A DNA stretch of 38,406 bases, from NCBI GenBank assembly GCA_017392345.1, contig JAFOVN010000047.1:1-38406 (forward strand), in the 5' to 3' direction. This DNA is from Alphaproteobacteria bacterium. GTDB taxonomy: Bacteria; Pseudomonadota; Alphaproteobacteria; Rs-D84. The notes under the pieces were generated by a model. The model worked only from the letters and a program-made list of their open reading frames with translations, ran no database searches and had not been told where the DNA came from. Shown here piece by piece: positions 1 to 7,210 of this stretch (its first letter is position 1; each line of letters opens with the position of its first letter). Both the position numbers and the translations under genes were made by a program.

Positions 1-6
1 GATGTC

Positions 7-438
7 ATGGCCCGAAACATTGCAGAGCTGACCGACACGATTGATTATTATCAGGTAGCAGTCGATGAAACGGGAACGGTTGTTGGTTTGTGCGGCATCG
101 GCAAAGTCAAAGAAGACAATGATTATGGCCTTAACCTGGGCAAGCATCGTGATGTTTTATATGTTGTGGTTAGTCAAGATTACCAAAGGCAAGGAATCGG
201 CACAATGCTGTTAAAAAGTTGCCTGAGAGATATTCACGATTATCCTGTGATTTACGAGGCATGGGGCGAAATAAAAAACGGCGACGTGAATTCATATAAA
301 ATGCTTGCCAAATGTTCGTTTGAATTGTTGGCGGATATGGGAACATCTTTTTATCGCGATCATGGATATTGCCCATATTGCGTGAACAAAGGCAGAAATT
401 GCCGCGCCTGTTTTTGCAAAATTTATATTTATAGATAA
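7..438 (+). CDS. GNAT-family N-acetyltransferase with C-terminal Cys cluster (5' end may extend outside the window)
   Basis: Acetyl-CoA motif A VVVSQDYQRQGIGTMLL; C-terminal CPYC...CRACFC. Confidence 0.8.
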   Translation: MARNIAELTDTIDYYQVAVDETGTVVGLCGIGKVKEDNDYGLNLGKHRDVLYVVVSQDYQRQGIGTMLLKSCLRDIHDYPVIYEAWGEIKNGDVNSYKMLAKCSFELLADMGTSFYRDHGYCPYCVNKGRNCRACFCKIYIYR

Positions 439-439
439 C

Positions 440-1339
440 CTATGATATCAATGTCATCATCACACCGGCACCAATCATAACGAAACAAACTATCTTTTTA
501 ATCATTGCACCGCGTGAAATATCTTCGTGGAATCGCTTGCCGAAAAACCGTGCCAAGATTACACCGTAAAGTGCGACAAAAATTGGCTGAACCGATTGAA
601 TCCCGGAATCAACCAAAACCGGAATCAACGATAATGCGAATATAGGACTGAATGAACCAATTTGGTCAAAGAATTCCACAAATAAAAACATGCCGAACTT
701 TTTGCGATATTTGCCAAAGTTTTTAACTATGTCTGTACGCACCGGACGATAGAATATCATCATGAATTGGACAACAAAAGATATAACCGCCACCCAGAAT
801 GCCGCCGACACCCAATCGGTATGTCCCAATAATGCCTTGTAAAAAGCACCATCAAACGACAGTATTATCGCCGTTAGGCACATCAGCCAAAAACCAGTAT
901 TGATTTTTATATTCGCCTTTGGATTTATATTCAGCAGCAACGAAAACAAAATTATGACGCCAAAGCCAGCATATTGAACCGGATGTAAAACTTCGCCAAC
1001 AATCAAAAAAGCCCACAATGGTATAAAGACCTTTTCCAATTGAAACAGGGCCGCCACCACCGATGTATCTGTTTTATTCAGTGCGGCATAATACGGAAAC
1101 TGGTATCCAACATTTATGATGGACAATAACAGCACAAACAACCACGCAGCCGGCGACAAAGAATGAATTGGTCCAAACAGTGGCAAACATAGAATCCCCA
1201 GAATATTGGTCAGATTTACATAAAAGATTGTCGTTGGAATACGCTTGAATACTGTGCCGGACACATATGCATCAAAGATATTTGATACCGCATGCGCCAT
1301 AGGACTGATAAAAGCAACCAAGATACCCAGTAAATTCAT
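440..1339 (-). CDS. EamA/DMT-family transporter
   Basis: 299 aa, about 10 hydrophobic segments, YYAALNKTDTSVVAALFQL...FLIVGE pattern typical of DMT/EamA. Confidence 0.85.
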   Translation of the reverse strand: MNLLGILVAFISPMAHAVSNIFDAYVSGTVFKRIPTTIFYVNLTNILGILCLPLFGPIHSLSPAAWLFVLLLSIINVGYQFPYYAALNKTDTSVVAALFQLEKVFIPLWAFLIVGEVLHPVQYAGFGVIILFSLLLNINPKANIKINTGFWLMCLTAIILSFDGAFYKALLGHTDWVSAAFWVAVISFVVQFMMIFYRPVRTDIVKNFGKYRKKFGMFLFVEFFDQIGSFSPIFALSLIPVLVDSGIQSVQPIFVALYGVILARFFGKRFHEDISRGAMIKKIVCFVMIGAGVMMTLIS

Positions 1340-1401
1340 AGCATAGGAATTATATCACAAAGAGTTCGAAAATGACAAATTTTTGATGTTTTTCGATGAT
1401 A

Positions 1402-1431
1402 AACTTTCGAACTCGGTGAAAGTATTACAAA
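1402..1431. repeat. 30-bp direct repeat copy 1 (contains ACTTTC-N9-GAAAGT inverted repeat)
   Basis: aactttcgaactcggtgaaagtattacaaa; 28/30 identical to 2017-2046. Confidence 0.85.
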
Positions 1432-1437
1432 ACAAAC

Positions 1438-1464
1438 AAAAACTTGCCCCGATGGGCAAGTTTT
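1438..1464 (-). terminator. Intrinsic terminator-like hairpin
   Basis: aaaacttgccc-cgat-gggcaagtttt with flanking A/T runs. Confidence 0.65.
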
Positions 1465-1574
1465 GAAATTCTGGTTGTGCTATATGTGCAATTTGCGAAC
1501 CGAATTGTTAGAAATTGGGCGAGAGATTGATGGGTTGAAAGAGAAATTAGAATTATCAAATTCGTATTAATTTA

Positions 1575-1603
1575 TTGACTTCTTCTCATATTTTTGATAT
1601 ACT
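1575..1603 (+). promoter_or_regulatory. Sigma70-like promoter for the ORF at 1629
   Basis: TTGACT-17 bp-TATACT. Confidence 0.6.
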
Positions 1604-1628
1604 TTCTACGAAACAAAAAGGATGTTAT

Positions 1629-1955
1629 ATGAAAGAAGAAAAATTTAATGAAGGAACACTCAACATCTACAAAAAACGTATATACGATGCTGATGTTCTA
1701 ATTAATCGAGGTATAGGGAAGGCATCAAATGGTGAACATGTCTATGAAACATTTTTTGTTGATGAACCTGGTGCTAAAAATTTGTTCGTGATTGGTCATG
1801 ATTTACAAACAGGCGATATCAAATTACGCATGCATGATACACCAGCTGATTTTCCAGTTGAAACTTTAAAGCAATTACTGTCTGACATCCGAACAGAATA
1901 TGACAAAAGAGAAGAATTAAAAAGGAAAGCGTTAGAACAAAACAGAACATTGTAA
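1629..1955 (+). CDS. Hypothetical protein (108 aa, AT-rich)
   Basis: ATG at 1629 after AAAAGGA RBS; upstream promoter and downstream hairpin 1983-2010. Confidence 0.7.
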   Translation: MKEEKFNEGTLNIYKKRIYDADVLINRGIGKASNGEHVYETFFVDEPGAKNLFVIGHDLQTGDIKLRMHDTPADFPVETLKQLLSDIRTEYDKREELKRKALEQNRTL

Positions 1956-1982
1956 AATAACTTATTTTACACCGATTGGTCC

Positions 1983-2010
1983 GAAAGTGGTGATTTTTCA
2001 CCACTTTCTT
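1983..2010 (+). terminator. Hairpin after the 1629-1955 ORF
   Basis: gaaagtggtga-tttt-tcaccactttc perfect 11-bp stem. Confidence 0.55.
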
Positions 2011-2016
2011 AATTTC

Positions 2017-2046
2017 AACTTTCGAACTCTGTGAAAGTATTATAAA
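2017..2046. repeat. 30-bp direct repeat copy 2
   Basis: aactttcgaactctgtgaaagtattataaa. Confidence 0.85.
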
Positions 2047-2083
2047 TCAAAATAAAACCCGCTTTTATTGGCGGGCTTGTCTA

Positions 2084-2107
2084 TCTTGGTTGGGGCAACT
2101 GGATTCG
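2084..2107 (-). repeat. Duplicate of the tRNA-Gln 3' end (att-like or tRNA-linked repeat)
   Basis: tcttggttggggcaactggattcg identical to 2269-2292. Confidence 0.9.
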
Positions 2108-2242
2108 CTCGGTCGGGTTTGCCGACACTGCGCGCAACCCGTAACGATTTGCGGGCGCGTTGCTTCGCAAATCTACTTGGTTTCGAACCTTTTGCAACGT
2201 TCGTTGCAAATGATTCAACCATCCGACCCAGAACCAAAAATT

Positions 2243-2263
2243 AAAACACCCATTCGGGTGTTT
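2243..2263 (-). terminator. Terminator of tRNA-Gln
   Basis: On minus strand aaacacccgaatgggtgtttt followed by T-rich tract. Confidence 0.7.
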
Positions 2264-2271
2264 GAATTTCT

Positions 2272-2345
2272 TGGTTGGGGCAACTGGATTCGAACCAATA
2301 CTAGCGGAGTCAGAGTCCGATGTTCTACCATTAAACTATGCCCCA
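2272..2345 (-). tRNA. tRNA-Gln (anticodon CTG), CCA encoded
   Basis: Reverse complement TGGGGCATAGTTTAATGGTAGAACATCGGACTCTGACTCCGCTAGTATTGGTTCGAATCCAGTTGCCCCAACCA folds as a cloverleaf; anticodon loop CTCTGAC; U1-A72. Confidence 0.95.
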
Positions 2346-2356
2346 AGGTGCCTTGG

Positions 2357-2385
2357 ATTATATACCCCCGCTTTTCCTTTTGCAA
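2357..2385 (-). promoter_or_regulatory. Sigma70-like promoter of tRNA-Gln
   Basis: TTGCAA-17 bp-TATAAT on minus strand. Confidence 0.7.
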
Positions 2386-2404
2386 TACTTTTCAATATAC
2401 AATT

Positions 2405-4117
2405 TTATTTTTCCCGAATATCGGTTAAAATCGGTTTTTTGGGCGAACGACCATATTTTTTAACAAACGCCTGTGTCGCCGATTCAATTTTTTTCAAATA
2501 CTCTTTCCGTGCATTTTCCATAACCTTCGCAAATCTATCGACAAAATCTTCTTTGTCTCTCGAAAGTTCTGCATACTGGTTTTCTAACCTATTGAGCCCC
2601 AATCTAGCACTGCTTTCTTCACCGCCCAAGCGAAACGCATCACTATCTAAATTGCGCAATTCATCATCTTCCTTACGTGTCCACGGATCCAACGGATGTC
2701 GATACGCATGCAATAATCCATTAAAAATAGATTTTGCATCATCCAGCCGCTTTTTTTCTTCCTTGTTACCAAAAATCGTCCACGGATGCCCAGTAATCTC
2801 GGCGATCTTAGTTTTACCATTTTTAACATCCATCAATAAATTAAAATACTTTGAATAAAACTCTCGCTCCGCTTTGGAACCAGATTTTGTCAAAGCCCTA
2901 AAGTTCGATTCTAATTCATCAATGTCATTCACACTTTGCCGATACGCATCTCTAGCCTGTGTCTTCTCTCTTATTTTCTCAGCGGTCTTTGCCTGCTTAC
3001 CGCGAATTCCATCATATTTTTTTCGTTGCTCTTTCTCTTCTTTTTTGCACTCTGATAAATTTTGTTCTATCTCTCTGGCGACCCTGCCAAACCTTTTATC
3101 AAACAAACTTAGCAATTTATAATCATACGCATACATTCCAAACACAAGATACCGGGAAAGTTTTTTATACCAATCCTTGTCCACAGGTGCACGTTTTATC
3201 AGCAACTCTAACATTGCCCTGTCTTGGGTTTCCGTTCTTTTGCCCCGCCCAGTACCAGCATATATCTCATATATATCCGATGCGTCCATTCCCGCAAGGT
3301 CACTTGCCGATATTTTTCTAAAAATTCCCGCCGACAAGCCAATAATTTCCTTCACAGGAACTTTTTTACCACTTTTTATTTTTTTCACAATTTCTAATTC
3401 TTTCTCATCCCTCTCGGAAATATCGCGCATGCGCCCACGGATTGCCTTGTCCTGTGCTTTTTCCAAACGTGTTCTTTGGGTTCCTGTATCTTGTTCCCAA
3501 CGTTCGGTAATACCCTTGAACAAGCCACCTTTTGTTTGTTTTTCAATTTGCATTGCTATCGCAGCCAATTTTTGATGCAATGGATTATCGACATCAAAAC
3601 GTTGCCCAACAGTCAAATTTATTTTGTTTTTGTAATCCAACAAAGCCAAAACAATCTGTGCATCAAGACTTTTAAGAACCGATCGCCACACTCCATCAGC
3701 AAACACATCCGCCAACATATAAACTAAATATTCTGGATAATACATTTTTAAACTGAAAATATTTTCATCGTTACCTGTAAACCTGGCCACGGGTGGTTGT
3801 GAATAATAATATTCCAAATTATTTTCCCCAAAATCACGCAAGCAATCTTCTACAAAATTTAATTTATCCGATTTCTTTTTATATTGTGCAAGCGTGTTTT
3901 TCAAAAGCTGCTTAACAAATAAATACTCTGTATCGTTATCATAATTTACACGATACGCCAACAGGCGTTTTTTATCAAAATCTGGTGCCAAAACATAATC
4001 TTTCATAATTTCATTAATCTTGTTAGTACTACCGGCACTATGTCTCGCCTTCCATATTGGTTCATCCGTTTTTTTCCTTGCCTGAATAAAATCATCATAT
4101 GTTTTTATTTGAATCAT
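2405..4117 (-). CDS. Hypothetical Lys/Glu-rich, probably coiled-coil cytoplasmic protein (570 aa)
   Basis: Long ORF with AAGGA RBS and TGGTATAAT extended -10 upstream; no recognisable motif. Confidence 0.75.
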   Translation of the reverse strand: MIQIKTYDDFIQARKKTDEPIWKARHSAGSTNKINEIMKDYVLAPDFDKKRLLAYRVNYDNDTEYLFVKQLLKNTLAQYKKKSDKLNFVEDCLRDFGENNLEYYYSQPPVARFTGNDENIFSLKMYYPEYLVYMLADVFADGVWRSVLKSLDAQIVLALLDYKNKINLTVGQRFDVDNPLHQKLAAIAMQIEKQTKGGLFKGITERWEQDTGTQRTRLEKAQDKAIRGRMRDISERDEKELEIVKKIKSGKKVPVKEIIGLSAGIFRKISASDLAGMDASDIYEIYAGTGRGKRTETQDRAMLELLIKRAPVDKDWYKKLSRYLVFGMYAYDYKLLSLFDKRFGRVAREIEQNLSECKKEEKEQRKKYDGIRGKQAKTAEKIREKTQARDAYRQSVNDIDELESNFRALTKSGSKAEREFYSKYFNLLMDVKNGKTKIAEITGHPWTIFGNKEEKKRLDDAKSIFNGLLHAYRHPLDPWTRKEDDELRNLDSDAFRLGGEESSARLGLNRLENQYAELSRDKEDFVDRFAKVMENARKEYLKKIESATQAFVKKYGRSPKKPILTDIREK

Positions 4118-4266
4118 TATAAATCCTTTGTTTTATATGCGATAATTATACCACAAAAATCCCGAAAGTATATAAAAAATCGCCTTTGACACCCACCGAA
4201 TTCGTTCCTGTGGCGCATGCACGGCGCAATAGATAAAATCATAGAAAACAACCAAAAGGAACAAAC

Positions 4267-5352
4267 ATGAAAACCAAAATCACTATTTCATTTCTTGCCA
4301 TTGCCATCGCAACCATACAAAGCGCAAACGCATGCACCGGCATCACACTAACCGCGGCGGACAAATCTTTCGTCCTTGCGCGCACCGTCGATTGGTCGGG
4401 TTCGGAAATGGATAACCTGTACGTCATCAGTCCGCGGGACCACACCGAACAATCATTACTGCCCGACGGGTCAAAGGATGGTATGAAATTCACATCTAAA
4501 TACGGCTTTGTTGGTCTTGGCATGCAAAGGCCCGAATTCATCGTTGACGGCACGAACGAGGCTGGACTTTCCGCCGCCCTATTCTATTTTCCGGACTATG
4601 GCAAATATGTGCCGTATTCATCGGCCGATAACGCAAACACCCTTGCGGATTTCCAGGTTGTATCATGGATACTGTCGAACTTTTCAAGCATTGACGAAGT
4701 AAAATCCGCGATGGACACCGTAAACGTCGTAAACATTGACCCCACTGCATCAACTGTTCATTGGCGCATCGCCGAAGCATCTGGGCGCGTGGTCGTCATG
4801 GAAATTATCGATGGCATACCAACATTTTATGAAAACCCATTGGGCACCATCGCAAATTCGCCAGAATTCACGTGGCATTTAACGAATCTTGATAATTATA
4901 TCAATTTGCAATCCGGCACAATCGCGCCGACGGTATTTGGGCCGATTAAATTGCAATCGTTAAGTCATGGAACGGGCTTGCTCGGCCTGCCCGGGGACTT
5001 TTCATCGCCGTCACGCTTTGTCCGCGCATCGTTTTTCAAGAATTATTCAATAACGCAACCCGATGCCGCCGCCACGATTAAACAGGCGTTTCATATACTT
5101 AACAACTTTGATGTTCCGTTCGGCACGACCCAGGCGGCAAAGTCGGGAACTTTCGACATGCCGTCCGCAACCCAGTGGACAATCGCAACCGATATTACGA
5201 ATCGGAAAATTTACTATCACACAATGTATAACCGCACAATTCGTCGTATCGACATGAACACAATTGATTTTGAAACCGTACCGTTCCAATCGCACCCATT
5301 GGATACAGCGCGCGCCGAAACGATCTTTGACGTGGCGATTGACACGGAATAA
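4267..5352 (+). CDS. Choloylglycine hydrolase / penicillin V acylase family Ntn hydrolase with signal peptide
   Basis: Signal peptide ending ANA then nucleophile C-TGITL; ARTVDW, DGTNEAGL, NSP, GLPGDFSSPSRFVRA motifs. Confidence 0.92.
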   Translation: MKTKITISFLAIAIATIQSANACTGITLTAADKSFVLARTVDWSGSEMDNLYVISPRDHTEQSLLPDGSKDGMKFTSKYGFVGLGMQRPEFIVDGTNEAGLSAALFYFPDYGKYVPYSSADNANTLADFQVVSWILSNFSSIDEVKSAMDTVNVVNIDPTASTVHWRIAEASGRVVVMEIIDGIPTFYENPLGTIANSPEFTWHLTNLDNYINLQSGTIAPTVFGPIKLQSLSHGTGLLGLPGDFSSPSRFVRASFFKNYSITQPDAAATIKQAFHILNNFDVPFGTTQAAKSGTFDMPSATQWTIATDITNRKIYYHTMYNRTIRRIDMNTIDFETVPFQSHPLDTARAETIFDVAIDTE

Positions 5353-5361
5353 AAACTAAAT

Positions 5362-5389
5362 TTGCCTTTTGTAAAAACAGGGTTATAAT
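5362..5389 (+). promoter_or_regulatory. Sigma70-like promoter for the DUF1015 gene
   Basis: TTGCCT-16 bp-TATAAT, then AAGGAG RBS. Confidence 0.55.
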
Positions 5390-5419
5390 CAACACCGTTT
5401 AATACAAAAGGAGTGATTC

Positions 5420-6658
5420 ATGAAAATAAAACCATTTGCGGGTGTACGCCCACCAAAAGAATTTGCGGCCGAAGTGGCATCGCGTCCATACGATGTCTTA
5501 AATTCAGCCGAGGCGAAGGCAGAGGCCGGTGAAAAATCACTGTTGCATATTATTAAACCAGAAATCGATTTTGACCCGATTGCCGACGAACACAGTCAAG
5601 CCGTTTATGACAAAGCGGTTGAAAATTTCAAACTGTGGCAAGACCGCGGTTGGTTGGTCCAAGACGACAAAGAAATGTATTATATCTATGCCCAAACAAT
5701 GGACGGCCGCACCCAATATGGACTTGTTGCGGCGGCAAATGTCGACGATTATATGACTGGAAAAATCAAAAAGCACGAACTTACGCGCAAGGATAAAGAA
5801 GACGACCGTATGATTCACGTGCGCATTCAAAACGCAAACATCGAACCGGTGTTCTTTGCGTATCCCGATGTTGCGGAAATGAACGAAATCGTTGAAAACT
5901 TTGTTAAAAACAATGCACCCGAATATGACTTTACCGCCGCCGACGGTTTTGGTCATAAATTCTGGGTCATTCGTGACGATGCAATCAACGCGCGCATTAC
6001 CGAAATCTTTAAAGACATACCGGCACTTTATGTTGCGGACGGCCACCATCGCACTGCGGCGGCGGCACGCGTCGGTGCGGAAAAGCGCGAACAAAATCCG
6101 AATCATACCGGAAATGAAGAATACAATTTCTTCCTTGCCGTGATTTTCCCAGAAAGCCAATTAAAGGTTATCGACTATAACCGCGTGGTCAAAGATTTGA
6201 ACGGACTTTCGGCGGACGAATTCTTGGCGAAACTGTCGGAATCATTCGAAGTAAAAGAAATGGGAACGGATATTTACAAACCGAATAAATTGCACAACTT
6301 TGGAATGTATTTGAACGGCAAATGGTATTCGTTGACGGCCAAACCCGGAACATACAACGACAACGACCCAATCGGTGTGTTGGACGTGACGGTTCTTTCG
6401 AATTTGGTGTTCGACAAGATATTAAACCTTGGCGACCTGCGTACCAGCAAGCGCATCGATTTCGTCGGCGGAATCCGCGGCCTTGGTGAACTGCAAAAAC
6501 GCGTGGACAGTGGTGAAATGGCGGTGGCCTTTGCACTGTACCCGGTCACAATGCGACAAATTATCGACATTGCGGACACCGGCAACATTATGCCACCCAA
6601 GACAACATGGTTTGAACCAAAACTGCGCAGTGGTTTGGTAATCCACAAATTGTCATAG
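5420..6658 (+). CDS. DUF1015 family protein
   Basis: IKPFAGVRP...PYDV, IKKHELTR, YVADGHHRTAAA, MPPKTTWFEPKLRSGL motifs. Confidence 0.93.
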   Translation: MKIKPFAGVRPPKEFAAEVASRPYDVLNSAEAKAEAGEKSLLHIIKPEIDFDPIADEHSQAVYDKAVENFKLWQDRGWLVQDDKEMYYIYAQTMDGRTQYGLVAAANVDDYMTGKIKKHELTRKDKEDDRMIHVRIQNANIEPVFFAYPDVAEMNEIVENFVKNNAPEYDFTAADGFGHKFWVIRDDAINARITEIFKDIPALYVADGHHRTAAAARVGAEKREQNPNHTGNEEYNFFLAVIFPESQLKVIDYNRVVKDLNGLSADEFLAKLSESFEVKEMGTDIYKPNKLHNFGMYLNGKWYSLTAKPGTYNDNDPIGVLDVTVLSNLVFDKILNLGDLRTSKRIDFVGGIRGLGELQKRVDSGEMAVAFALYPVTMRQIIDIADTGNIMPPKTTWFEPKLRSGLVIHKLS

Positions 6659-6683
6659 ACAGTGGAAAGTGTTAGTATAAGTC

Positions 6684-6753
6684 CGTCACGACCGCGGCGC
6701 GGCGTGCCGCGACGGGTGATTAGTGACGGGCGCGAACGCGCCCGTTTCTTTTT
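6684..6753. repeat. REP-like palindrome plus bidirectional terminator between convergent genes
   Basis: cgtcac...gtgacg outer stem; acgggcgcgaacgcgcccgt hairpin with T-tract, also present at 23669 and 25372. Confidence 0.7.
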
Positions 6754-6763
6754 CAATTTTTTT

Positions 6764-7162
6764 TCAACGACTATACGGACCAAACAATTCCGGCAAAACC
6801 GTATCCCGAAAATATGTCACATCATCAATTGTTTTTTGCACATCATGCATAAATTTCTGATTCCGGTCACGCACACGCAACGCCAACATTTCTTGCGTTT
6901 CGTTATTTTTATTCAACACAGACTTATAACATAACCTTCCTGTAATTTTATTCGCACGTAAAACACGCATCACATCCAATACATAATCATTGTTATACGC
7001 CGAAAACACAATATAAAAGCAATTATGTCCAAATAAATTTTTGCCACGTACAATTTTGTAAACTGAAAGTGCAACAGACAAAACATCCGTACAACGCGCA
7101 TCACGTGACGGCAATAAATCTGCAAAAAAATCATGACAAAGCCCGCACACAAAAACAACCAC
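6764..7162 (-). CDS. Hypothetical protein (about 132 aa, start uncertain)
   Basis: ORF preceded on minus strand by TTGACA-16 bp-TAGACT (7178-7205). Confidence 0.5.
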   Translation of the reverse strand: MVVFVCGLCHDFFADLLPSRDARCTDVLSVALSVYKIVRGKNLFGHNCFYIVFSAYNNDYVLDVMRVLRANKITGRLCYKSVLNKNNETQEMLALRVRDRNQKFMHDVQKTIDDVTYFRDTVLPELFGPYSR

Positions 7163-7210
7163 TTTTCTTGGTGGGAAAGTCTACAAAAGCAAACCACAAT
7201 GTCAAGATTT

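Noticed and set aside
1402-1431. LexA box or dif site
   Set aside because: Does not fit alphaproteobacterial GTTC-N7-GTTC, and lacks the XerD arm TTATGTTAAAT.
1402-2292. CRISPR array from the 24-30 bp repeats
   Set aside because: Only two copies of each, spaced 185 and 615 bp; one is a tRNA end; no cas genes.
2040-2858. ORFs 2040-2237, 2090-2428 and 2262-2858
   Set aside because: They overlap the tRNA, its repeat or the antisense of the 570-aa gene; GATGFEP and WGNWIRT are typical tRNA-antisense translations.
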